NCBI GenBank assembly: GCA_946630435.1
Contig: CAMOYS010000002.1
Coordinates: 1 to 43,106 of the forward strand
Length of the DNA stretch: 43,106 nucleotides
Reading direction: 5' to 3'
From: an uncultured Bacillales bacterium
GTDB lineage: Bacteria > Bacillota_I > Bacilli_A > RFN20 > CAG-826
Position 1 is the stretch's first letter. Each line of letters starts with the position of its first letter. The notes beneath the pieces were generated by a model. The model saw nothing but the letters and a program-made list of their open reading frames with translations, searched no databases and was not told the origin of the DNA. The position numbers and the translations under genes were made by a program. Below are positions 10,093 to 18,981 of the stretch, in pieces.

Positions 10093-11013
10093 ATGTCAAA
10101 TTATAAAGAAGTTAAAATTGTTGATAATTTCTATCAGAATAGTTTGTTTTTCCCAATGCCAACCGTGGCTATTTCAACTTTAGCGGAGGATGGAAGCACC
10201 ACTATCGGAGCCTATTCCTTAGTTTTTCCTTATTATATCGCGGGTAAAGATTATTACGCGATGATACTAGAATGTAGGAATTCATCAAATACCGCCCAAA
10301 ACATTTTAAGAACCGGTAAGTGCGCACTTAATTTTATCTATGATGATCGTAAATCATTTAAAGAGTTAGTGAGATTAGGTTTCCCAGGTAAAACTCCACA
10401 AGAAAAAATGAAAGATTGTAATTTCAAATTAGTTAAGGGTGAATGTGAAGGAGAAAGACCACTTATTTTAGAAGATGCCTATCAAGTTATGGAATGCACT
10501 TGGGATGATACCTTAGAAAATGGTTTTGAATCAAAGAAACATTTAGGAAAGCTTGAAGGTGTTGAACCTCCATATAAAGACTTTAATGGTGTTACATCTA
10601 AATTTGGATGTCACTTCATCCTTAAGATAGATAAGATTCTCATGGAAGAGAAATTCGCTAATAACTTAAAACAAGGTTTAAAACGAAATTCCTTCCCAAG
10701 AGTACCAGTTGATTATGGTTATCATGATTCTAAGAACTTCTGGTATATGAGATTTGGCGGATTTAAACCTGTTGCCGAACCAATTGCCGCTTCTAATAGT
10801 GGCACAGTTGAATCAGTTATGTATTGTGCTGAACGCTTAGATACTAAAGTAAAATTCACTAAAGAAGCTTGTGAAATGTATGTTAAGATTCCACGTCCAT
10901 TTATGAAAGCTGCTCTTACTCAAATTGCAGAGATTGCTGAAGAAAATGGAATCATGGTAATTGATAAAGCTGCGGCAGAAAGAATAGCGGAGATTCGAAA
11001 GAATAAAAAATAA
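10093..11013 (+). CDS. flavin reductase-like (FMN-binding split-barrel) domain protein with a C-terminal extension
   Basis: FFPMPTVAISTLAEDGSTTIGAYSLVFP...NTAQNILRTGKCALNF follows the flavin-reductase-like pattern (P..V.V.T...G...G....S....NT..NI..TG.F.LNF). The C-terminal ~120 aa are unassigned. Confidence 0.55.
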   Translation: MSNYKEVKIVDNFYQNSLFFPMPTVAISTLAEDGSTTIGAYSLVFPYYIAGKDYYAMILECRNSSNTAQNILRTGKCALNFIYDDRKSFKELVRLGFPGKTPQEKMKDCNFKLVKGECEGERPLILEDAYQVMECTWDDTLENGFESKKHLGKLEGVEPPYKDFNGVTSKFGCHFILKIDKILMEEKFANNLKQGLKRNSFPRVPVDYGYHDSKNFWYMRFGGFKPVAEPIAASNSGTVESVMYCAERLDTKVKFTKEACEMYVKIPRPFMKAALTQIAEIAEENGIMVIDKAAAERIAEIRKNKK

Positions 11014-11018
11014 GGATT

Positions 11019-11053
11019 AAACACTGTCACTGATGTGATGGTGTTTTTCTTTT
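11019..11053 (+). terminator. Rho-independent terminator, sequence-related to the eno terminator
   Basis: AAACACTGTCAC / GTGATGGTGTTT stem with loop TGAT, followed by TTTTTCTTTT. Confidence 0.7.
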
Positions 11054-11099
11054 ATTTTTATATCTAATTATGTATAAATAATTTAAAGGGGGCTTTATT

Positions 11100-11822
11100 A
11101 TGGCTAGAACTAGTAGAATTACTGATATAAATTTTGAAGAAATGGATGAAGTTATCGTCGGCGAAGACGATTTATTATTTCGTAATGCTGATCGATATTA
11201 TTACGAACCTGATAAGAAAGATTTCTTACACGATAAAAAGTTTTCAATTAAGAGCCAAATCTTCTTCTTAATTGTTTCTTTATTATTTATGGCAGGTTTT
11301 ATTACTCTATTAGTTTTAGGAAATAACGTAGAAGAGATGCTTCCTATTGTATTAAGATATAGACTTTCGTTTCTTTTAGGTCTAATTGCGACAGGATTAT
11401 TTTCTCTTGTTATTATCTTTAAAATTCTTTACTGTGCTTTAGAACCAGAAAAGAAACTAATGAAATCGTTATTTAATATTCATAATACAACTTTAGATTT
11501 TGAAAATAAAAATGGTAAAAAGGCTATTATCATTACTAAGTCTTATTCCTATTTATATTACCTTATTAAAGCTATTTTATTTTTATGCGTTATTTTAGTT
11601 GCGGGAGCAATAATCTTCGCCTTTGTCGTTATGATGATCGATTCTGATAACTTAGAAATTGGTCATTTATTTATTGATATATTCGGTGGAGCAATCTTAT
11701 TAACCATTATGGTATTAGGGGCTAATAAAGACTGGTATTTCCATTATTACAGTGCTTATATCTTATCTTTTAACGGATTATCATACATGTTTAAAGATAA
11801 AAAATTCACTAAAATTGATTAA
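11100..11822 (+). CDS. hypothetical polytopic membrane protein
   Basis: RBS AAGGGGG precedes the ATG. 240 aa with about 5 hydrophobic helices and no recognisable motifs. Confidence 0.6.
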   Translation: MARTSRITDINFEEMDEVIVGEDDLLFRNADRYYYEPDKKDFLHDKKFSIKSQIFFLIVSLLFMAGFITLLVLGNNVEEMLPIVLRYRLSFLLGLIATGLFSLVIIFKILYCALEPEKKLMKSLFNIHNTTLDFENKNGKKAIIITKSYSYLYYLIKAILFLCVILVAGAIIFAFVVMMIDSDNLEIGHLFIDIFGGAILLTIMVLGANKDWYFHYYSAYILSFNGLSYMFKDKKFTKID

Positions 11823-11832
11823 TTTATTATCT

Positions 11833-11861
11833 TTGATAATATCATTTTTATTTATTATAAT
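11833..11861 (+). promoter_or_regulatory. candidate sigma-A promoter for the DJ-1 family gene
   Basis: TTGATA (11833-11838), 17-nt spacer, TATAAT (11856-11861). RBS AAGGGGA precedes ATG 11901. Confidence 0.5.
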
Positions 11862-11900
11862 AGATAGTTGTATAATTAACTCAACAAGGGGATATTTAAT

Positions 11901-12458
11901 ATGAAGGGTTTAATGTTACTTGCAAATGGCTTCGAAGATACTGAAGCTTTAACCACTCGTGATGTTTTATTACGAGCAGGTATTGAAGTTGTTACTTATT
12001 CAATTAATTCAAATAGACAAGTTGAATCATCTTTTGGTTTAACTCTTTTAGCGGATAAACCATTTGATCTTATTCCTTCAAATATTGATTCATTTGATTT
12101 TCTTATTCTTCCAGGTGGGGGAAGAGGCACTAAAAATTTAGCCGAAAATAGAAATGTTCATGATTTAATAGAAAAATTCTATGACCGCGATAAGTTATTA
12201 TGTGCAATATGCGCTGCTCCATCAATCTATGGCAAGATGGGATATCTAGAAGATATTAGATTTACTTGCTTTGCTGGATTTAACCAAGGCTATGAAGGAA
12301 TCTTCACTGGCGAAGAAGTTGTAGTCGATCAAAACTTCATCACCGCTCGCTCGATGATGTATAGTGTTAAATTTGCACTTGCTATTATTGAAAAATTACT
12401 TGGAAGCGAAGCTAAAGAAAAAGTCCTTATTGGATTACAAGGACAAGTCGCTAAATAA
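11901..12458 (+). CDS. DJ-1/PfpI (ThiJ/YajL-like) family protein
   Basis: LILPGGGRGTKNL and the nucleophile-elbow Cys in LLCAICAAPS. 185 aa, typical DJ-1 size. Confidence 0.8.
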   Translation: MKGLMLLANGFEDTEALTTRDVLLRAGIEVVTYSINSNRQVESSFGLTLLADKPFDLIPSNIDSFDFLILPGGGRGTKNLAENRNVHDLIEKFYDRDKLLCAICAAPSIYGKMGYLEDIRFTCFAGFNQGYEGIFTGEEVVVDQNFITARSMMYSVKFALAIIEKLLGSEAKEKVLIGLQGQVAK

Positions 12459-12464
12459 TCAAAT

Positions 12465-12496
12465 AAAGCCTAGGAAGTCCGCTCTTTCTAGGCTTT
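12465..12496. terminator. bidirectional terminator hairpin between the DJ-1 gene and the SNF2 gene
   Basis: AAAGCCTAG (12465-12473) / CTAGGCTTT (12488-12496) with a 14-nt loop. The 3' arm contains the SNF2 stop codon. Confidence 0.55.
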
Positions 12497-15400
12497 TAAT
12501 ATGTAATTGATATCTTCTAAAGTTAAGGAAGTTATCGAAGAATCATCATTAGAAATGACTTTATCAAATAAGTCTTTTTTAATGTTTTGAAGTTCCACTA
12601 CTCTTTGTTCAATTGAATCTTCACAAATAAGTTTTATTACTTCAACATTTCTTTCTTGACCAATTCGGTACGCTCTATCTGTGGCTTGGTCTTGAACCGC
12701 AACATTCCACCATGGATCTAAGTGAATAACAACATCTGCGCCAACTAGATTTAATCCAGTTCCACCAGCTTTTAATGAAACTAAGCCTACTTTATATTTC
12801 TTTGTAGAGTTAAATTCATTAGCAAGTCTTACTCTTTCTTCGCCATCAGTATCACCAGTAATTACAAAATAATTAAGACCAAGTGAATTTAGTTTTTCTT
12901 TAACAAGATTTAAAGCTTTTACAAATTGTGAAAAAATAAGAACTCGATGTCCATCTTTAATACGGTCGTTTAATATTTCTACAAGAGTATCAACCTTAGT
13001 TGAACCACCATAATAATTTTCTACAAATAAGTTTGGATCAATACAGATTTGTCTTAATCTCATTAAATATGGAAGAACATCAAAAGCACCGCCGCCATCA
13101 TCCAAAGCTTTCTTAGCTAATAAAACATGAGCGTCATATATTTTTCTTTGTTCTCCATTCATTTCACAAGTAACAAATGTTTCAAATTTATCAGGTAAAT
13201 CTTTTAAAACATCTTTCTTATTTCTTCTTAAGATAAATGGAGCAACAAATCTTTTTACTTCATTAATATAACTATTATTATCTTCATAATTTTGTTTAAA
13301 AGTTTGTAAATCGATTAAGTATTTAGGCATCAAGAAATTAAATATTGACCATAAATCTAAAATTGAGTTTTCAATTGGTGTACCAGTTAAGGCAAAACGA
13401 TGATCAGATTTTAAATTATATATAGTAAGTGATTTCTTGGCTTTAGAGTTCTTAATATATTGAGCTTCATCAAGGATAATTGTGTCAAAATTTATGTCTT
13501 TATAAAGCTCTTCATCTCTTCGAACAGACTCATATCCAGACACATAAATAGTGGACTTATGCATAGGAATTTGTGAAATTGTCTTTGCTCTATGCTCTGC
13601 ACTACCATAGATTGGAATGACTTTCATATCAGGAGCAAAACGCATGAATTCATTCTGCCAGTTAAATAATAAAGTCTTCGGACAAATGATGAGAGAATTG
13701 CCTTTAATCTTCTCTCCTTTGAGGAATGAAATGATTTGGATGGTTTTACCTAAGCCCATATCATCCGCGAGAATTCCATTTAAATAATTTTTATATAAAA
13801 CATCTAACCATCTAACTCCATCAGTTTGATATCCTCTAAGTTCTCCTACAATTTCTCCACATTTAAATGAGCTATCTTTAAAGTTTTTAATTTGATCAAA
13901 TACTTCAAATACATGCTCGCTTAAAGATAAACCAGTTAAATTAGTTAACGATTTAAAAGCGTAATAAAGAGGAACATGATTTTCTTTAACTAGTTCTTTA
14001 GAAGACGCTAAATCATAATTATCAACATTATTTAAGAATTGATTAGATGCATCATTATCTAAACCAATAACTTGATTCTTATAGAGAATGTATTTTTTCT
14101 TTTTTCTTAAGCCATTAATAATTGCAAGCAATTCATCATCACTATAACGAGAGTTCTCCATGAAAACATCAAGAAGATTATTGTTATAGTTAATTCTTAA
14201 TGAAGGTGGAGTAAAGCTAGAGACATGTTTATTTAAAATAGAATCACTTAGATAGACATCTGCTACCTTTTTAAGAGTTTCTAAAGATGAAGTTAAGAAG
14301 TTCCAAATGTGGGACTGATCTTCCAAATTTCCATCAACAAATCCCATATTTTTAAGAATTGATTGATAATGACGATATTGAGATTGATTATATTTTGTTA
14401 ATTGTTTTGGTGATATCTTTTCATTATTAACAAAAAGTTCTTCTCGAGAAGTAATGATGTTATTTTCAAAATCAAAATAGGCATTAATTAATAAGTTTTG
14501 GAACTTAAAATCATCCGCTACTTCAGGAGAAATAATAAATGAGTCTGGATACCTCAAAATATAAGCATACTTAAAGTCTTCAATATTATCTTCAATACAC
14601 GGATATTCGTTAGTGAAGATTAATTGAATCAAATTAGCAATTGCTTCATTATCCGTCAAGACATCAATGGTTTTATCATTAAAATCAAAACTATAATTAC
14701 CTCTAATAACGCATCCATCTAATTTTATAAATGGAAGAGATAAAACATAATCTTTATCGATATAAATCTTAGAGTTTAATGGCTCAAGTCTATTTAAGAA
14801 GGTATATGATTTGCCTTCCATTTCAATAGTTATATTCTTTCCTTTATATATTTCTAAAACTCTTTTAAAAGATTTATCACTTAAAGATAAGAATTTTCCT
14901 GGACTATAAGGGTCAATACTAACAAGATGATTAATTACTTTAAGCAATTCTTTGGCTTCATCATCTAAAATAGTTTCATCATGAGTAAAGGCTAGTTCTT
15001 TACCATATGAGTAATAAGCTTTTTCATCGAACCTAGAAGTAAATGTCTTAAAAGAAGCAACTGAATATTGTCTAGATTGTCCCACTTTTAAAGATAAGAC
15101 AGGTTTTCCATCTAAAATAAGTGTTGGATAAAAATGAACTTTTGGAGAATCATCTAATAATTCTGTTCTATCCACTAAATCGATTTGTTTAGTTAGTTCT
15201 GAAATGAATTTCTTTTTATTCTCTTCAATTATCTTCTTTTGAATTTCTTTTAAAGACAAATCAAGATCATTAATAAACTTGTTATCTTTTATATATTTAT
15301 CTAATGAATAATAAAGCAACGATTTAGCTAAATATCGATCATCTAATTTATCTGCGTAATATGTGTTATATCTAGTGTTATTAGCAGAATCAAATGCTTC

Positions 15401-15607
15401 TAAATCAACACTTGCCACCGAATAGGCGGTTCCTTTTAAAATAATTTCTAAAGTTAAATGGAAGATAGCATAATCACCAGGAACAAAACTGAAATTGTAT
15501 TTGCTATCAAAATAGCGGTTAAAAGAAGCTTCATATTGTAATGAAGGGAGTTTAAACGGTTTTAGTTCATTGACTAAAGTATCAATAATGGAAGCGCGGC
15601 TTATCAT
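12488..15607 (-). CDS. SNF2/SWI2-family ATPase (DEAD-like helicase superfamily) with a long N-terminal SNF2-associated region
   Basis: Motifs I LADDMGLGKTIQ, II DEAQYIKN, III LTGTPIEN, V LKAGGTGLNL and VI DPWWNVAVQDQATDRAYRIGQ lie in the C-terminal ~480 aa. The N-terminal ~560 aa have no recognisable catalytic motifs. Confidence 0.9.
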   Translation of the reverse strand: MISRASIIDTLVNELKPFKLPSLQYEASFNRYFDSKYNFSFVPGDYAIFHLTLEIILKGTAYSVASVDLEAFDSANNTRYNTYYADKLDDRYLAKSLLYYSLDKYIKDNKFINDLDLSLKEIQKKIIEENKKKFISELTKQIDLVDRTELLDDSPKVHFYPTLILDGKPVLSLKVGQSRQYSVASFKTFTSRFDEKAYYSYGKELAFTHDETILDDEAKELLKVINHLVSIDPYSPGKFLSLSDKSFKRVLEIYKGKNITIEMEGKSYTFLNRLEPLNSKIYIDKDYVLSLPFIKLDGCVIRGNYSFDFNDKTIDVLTDNEAIANLIQLIFTNEYPCIEDNIEDFKYAYILRYPDSFIISPEVADDFKFQNLLINAYFDFENNIITSREELFVNNEKISPKQLTKYNQSQYRHYQSILKNMGFVDGNLEDQSHIWNFLTSSLETLKKVADVYLSDSILNKHVSSFTPPSLRINYNNNLLDVFMENSRYSDDELLAIINGLRKKKKYILYKNQVIGLDNDASNQFLNNVDNYDLASSKELVKENHVPLYYAFKSLTNLTGLSLSEHVFEVFDQIKNFKDSSFKCGEIVGELRGYQTDGVRWLDVLYKNYLNGILADDMGLGKTIQIISFLKGEKIKGNSLIICPKTLLFNWQNEFMRFAPDMKVIPIYGSAEHRAKTISQIPMHKSTIYVSGYESVRRDEELYKDINFDTIILDEAQYIKNSKAKKSLTIYNLKSDHRFALTGTPIENSILDLWSIFNFLMPKYLIDLQTFKQNYEDNNSYINEVKRFVAPFILRRNKKDVLKDLPDKFETFVTCEMNGEQRKIYDAHVLLAKKALDDGGGAFDVLPYLMRLRQICIDPNLFVENYYGGSTKVDTLVEILNDRIKDGHRVLIFSQFVKALNLVKEKLNSLGLNYFVITGDTDGEERVRLANEFNSTKKYKVGLVSLKAGGTGLNLVGADVVIHLDPWWNVAVQDQATDRAYRIGQERNVEVIKLICEDSIEQRVVELQNIKKDLFDKVISNDDSSITSLTLEDINYILKA

Positions 15608-16919
15608 TGAGTAACTCCATAAAAGTAATTTTCACTAACTCATTATCCGGAAGAGAATTAATAATTGAAAACACTTGATTTTTTTCATCAGTATTTAAGC
15701 GATTATTTTTCGCAAGTTTATATAAGGTTTGCACTAAAAGAGCTTCGTTATTTTCTTTAATACATTTCTTAACAATAAATGAAATTCTTAATAATCTTTC
15801 TAAGACAGAATTAGTGCTTTCTTGAATTGCTAATAAGACATCTTTTGTAGTAATAACCCTATCAGAAGTCCCTTCTTTTACGAATAAAGGATAATTATCA
15901 ACATAAACTAAATTAGCAGTCTTATCATCTAGTTTATCAACCGCATATTTTAATAAATGTTTACTTGCAAAAGCTTCAAATAGTTGATCTTTAATAAACT
16001 TAATATGCGGATAATACTTATCAAAATGGAACGCAATAAAAGGTAAAGTAGTTTTGTTACTAATAACATCTGGATTTATCACTCTATAATCCTTTTCGAG
16101 ATAGCTTTCATAAAAAGATGCAACACTTGGTAAATTAATATATTTAGTATCGTTAATAGCTTTTATAAATGGGACACTATTAGTTGGGTCAAATTGAATA
16201 ATCTTACTAGCAGCGCTTTTAATTCTTGGATATAAAGAAAGCATCTTGATGATGAAAGCTGCTTTTTTAACATCAGGATTTAATTCCTTAATTAATTCAC
16301 CAAAATCTCTAATAGATAAAGGCTTAAGAATATCTAAAAGATCATCAAGTTTAGTTAAAGAATCAAAAGAGCAATCGTCATTCGCGTATATTAAATTTAG
16401 TAAATTTTCTTTATAATTAATTAGTTCGACAAGGTATTTACTTCTAACATATTCCTTAAACTCTACTTTGTTTTTGTTCATATAAAGAAGCATCGCTAAC
16501 GCATGAACACAATTTGCTTTATCTTTGCAATCACAGCTAGTAGAAAGAACACCATTACTATATTCAACAATAGGATGGTAGATGCTTTCCGCTCTAACTG
16601 TACCTTCGAAAACACCATTAATTGGTTTACAGATTTCTAAGACATGATTGTTTTTTGCTAGATCAATTGCTCTATTAAAGTCATCTGGTTTAAATAAACC
16701 GACATAGGCACCGCGCTTTAAAACATCTTCAAAAGACATTTTAGACATATCTTCAATTGAACAATTATTATCGACAAATGAACCTAAAAGGTTCTTTTGA
16801 TCATAATATGATTTAAAAGACACCCGATAATTCACATTATAGGAGCCAACGATGATTCCTATACCGAAATTTGGGTGTCTAATTAATGTCCCGATAGGTA
16901 GGTTTTTAAATTTTTCCAC
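15582..16919 (-). CDS. SWIM zinc-finger domain protein
   Basis: CDCKDKANCVHALA fits the SWIM CxCx(n)CxH signature. 445 aa. The 3' end overlaps the SNF2 start by 26 nt. Confidence 0.8.
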   Translation of the reverse strand: MEKFKNLPIGTLIRHPNFGIGIIVGSYNVNYRVSFKSYYDQKNLLGSFVDNNCSIEDMSKMSFEDVLKRGAYVGLFKPDDFNRAIDLAKNNHVLEICKPINGVFEGTVRAESIYHPIVEYSNGVLSTSCDCKDKANCVHALAMLLYMNKNKVEFKEYVRSKYLVELINYKENLLNLIYANDDCSFDSLTKLDDLLDILKPLSIRDFGELIKELNPDVKKAAFIIKMLSLYPRIKSAASKIIQFDPTNSVPFIKAINDTKYINLPSVASFYESYLEKDYRVINPDVISNKTTLPFIAFHFDKYYPHIKFIKDQLFEAFASKHLLKYAVDKLDDKTANLVYVDNYPLFVKEGTSDRVITTKDVLLAIQESTNSVLERLLRISFIVKKCIKENNEALLVQTLYKLAKNNRLNTDEKNQVFSIINSLPDNELVKITFMELLNDKPRFHY

Positions 16920-16944
16920 AACCTATAGTTTAACAAATTTTAGC

Positions 16945-18111
16945 TTAGTCTTTAAGTGTTAATTCGTAAACCATGTCTTTGCCATAGCGTTGTTTCATCT
17001 TCTTCATGAAGAAGTCTAATTCTTCAGTTTTGACAAAGGCTAAGATTGTTCCAGCGAAACCACCACCATGGATTCTAACCGCACCTTTTGGAAGTAATGC
17101 TTGGGCATAATCAATAGCTTCTTGAGGAGATCCTTCATATTGATTATCGACTTGGGTATTAAGTAAGTTATTTTGAGAAGAATGTTGAGATCCTTTAATT
17201 TGCTCAAGGAATAGTTCTTCGTCTTTATTTTTAATTGCTTTTAAGCAGGTAACAACTCTCTTATTCTCTTCGTAGAAATGAATGGCTCGTTTACGGTCAA
17301 CAAAATCGAAGTGATCATGGCCGCTTTGTTTTTCTTCTAATAATTCTTCCGCAAATTCTTTTTCTGGAACATCTCTTAAATATTTTTTGCCAAAATGTTC
17401 TGCTACATTATACATTGATTCAGGAATTGCAGAATAATAGCTTGATAAGTTTGCGTGGCTACCACCAGTATTAATTAAAACAAAATGTAAATCATCAAAT
17501 GGGAATTCAATGCGAGCGATATTTGGATTTTCAATATTAGCAAAATCGATAACGTTTAAACCACCATAAGAAACGCCAATTTGGTCAAGAAGTCCACTCT
17601 TTTTGCCAAAATAGTTGTTTTCAGAATATTGTCCAGCTTTGGCTAAAACAAGTTTATCAATGGAGTCCTCGTTATATAAATGGTTGATGATTCTACCAAT
17701 TAATAATTCATATGCAGCAGATGAAGATAAGCCACTTCCTTGAGGAACTTCACTATCAATATAAGCGCTAAATCCACCTACTTTGTAGCCATGTTCTTTA
17801 AGATAATTTAAAACGCCTTTAACGATGCCTTTTGATGTTCCAAAATCAGTTTTACTTAATTTAGTTTTATTAACATTAAAGATAATATCTCTATAACCAT
17901 GCGATTTGATGTGAACTGTTTCATCATCAGTTTTACTAACGGCAGCGGCGATACATAAGTTACAAGTTCCTGTAATACAAACACCATGGTTATGGTCAGT
18001 GTGGTTACCAATAACTTCGAAACGACCACCACAGGTTATATAATTCTCAGCTTTACATTTGAATTTGTTTTCGAATTTTTCTAGTAATTCACTTTTAATT
18101 ATTCTTTTCAT
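16945..18111 (-). CDS. galactokinase-family GHMP sugar kinase (atypical signature)
   Basis: Start at ATG 18109-18111 (MKRII...), with GGAG 9 nt upstream. GGRFEVIGNHTDHNHG is a variant of the galactokinase signature GRVNLIGEHTDY. GHMP motif PQGSGLSSSAA. Confidence 0.75.
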   Translation of the reverse strand: MKRIIKSELLEKFENKFKCKAENYITCGGRFEVIGNHTDHNHGVCITGTCNLCIAAAVSKTDDETVHIKSHGYRDIIFNVNKTKLSKTDFGTSKGIVKGVLNYLKEHGYKVGGFSAYIDSEVPQGSGLSSSAAYELLIGRIINHLYNEDSIDKLVLAKAGQYSENNYFGKKSGLLDQIGVSYGGLNVIDFANIENPNIARIEFPFDDLHFVLINTGGSHANLSSYYSAIPESMYNVAEHFGKKYLRDVPEKEFAEELLEEKQSGHDHFDFVDRKRAIHFYEENKRVVTCLKAIKNKDEELFLEQIKGSQHSSQNNLLNTQVDNQYEGSPQEAIDYAQALLPKGAVRIHGGGFAGTILAFVKTEELDFFMKKMKQRYGKDMVYELTLKD

Positions 18112-18979
18112 TTTTAATAATCTCCAAAATATGATTAACGTATATAGAAGCAACATTGATATTTGTTGTTTTTTCAATTCCTTCAAAAAAGGCATTGGAA
18201 TTAACTTCGGAAAGGATAGGTTCGTTATCTTTTCCTTTTAAAATATCAACACCGCAGTAATCCAAATCTAATACTTCACTCGCTTTAATAGCCATATCTA
18301 AATATTCTTGAGGAAGTTTAACTATTGAGGAAATTCCACCACTAGCAAGATTAGAGAGATAAGAATGTTTATTCTCTCTTTTCATATAAGCAACGACTTT
18401 ATGATTGATAACAATTAATCGATAATCTAATCCCTTAGAAGAAGATATAAATTCTTGGAAAACATGAGCAACTTTATCTAATTTTCGATCAATTGAGGCG
18501 AGTTCCTCATGGTTATTTATCAGATATACTTGTTTTCCAAGGGAACCGTAATTCTCTTTAACAATTAATGGATAACCTAATTCTTTTTCAACTTTATATA
18601 GATATTCATAATCATCTGATTCAAAAAATTTTAAAGGTGATGCGAATGTCTTAGGCATCTTAATTCCATGATTGGCAAGCGCGATATGAGTAAGCATTTT
18701 ATCATCGCAAAGTTCTAAAGCAGATGGCTTATTGAATAATCGATACCCAAGTTTTTCAAGTAGTCTAGCGGTATATCTATCTTTGTCTAAAAAAACAATA
18801 AAATCCCTAGGTTCTAATGTGGATGAGACTTTTTGTCCCATTATAGACACTAACGTTCCATCATTTTTAACGACTTTTACATCAATATCGCGTTTTGAAA
18901 ATTCTTCAAGTAATCTTTTAACTTGATTATCAACCGCGGATACGACTTTAAAACCATTAATAATGATGTAACCAGTCAT
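18095..18979 (-). CDS. RimK-type ATP-grasp ligase
   Basis: 294 aa. ATP-grasp blocks GYPLIVKENYGSLGKQVYLI and DYCGVDIL...PILSEVNSN. Overlaps the GHMP kinase start by 17 nt. Confidence 0.7.
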   Translation of the reverse strand: MTGYIIINGFKVVSAVDNQVKRLLEEFSKRDIDVKVVKNDGTLVSIMGQKVSSTLEPRDFIVFLDKDRYTARLLEKLGYRLFNKPSALELCDDKMLTHIALANHGIKMPKTFASPLKFFESDDYEYLYKVEKELGYPLIVKENYGSLGKQVYLINNHEELASIDRKLDKVAHVFQEFISSSKGLDYRLIVINHKVVAYMKRENKHSYLSNLASGGISSIVKLPQEYLDMAIKASEVLDLDYCGVDILKGKDNEPILSEVNSNAFFEGIEKTTNINVASIYVNHILEIIKNEKNN

Positions 18980-18981
18980 TT

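Noticed and set aside
15582-15584. Possible TGA-as-Trp recoding (Mollicutes code 4), because the SWIM gene ends in TGA in a Mollicutes-like genome.
   Set aside because: All long genes, up to 1039 aa, are uninterrupted under the standard code and use TGG for Trp. Reading through this TGA would add only about 10 codons before a TAA. The standard code (table 11) is the simplest reading.
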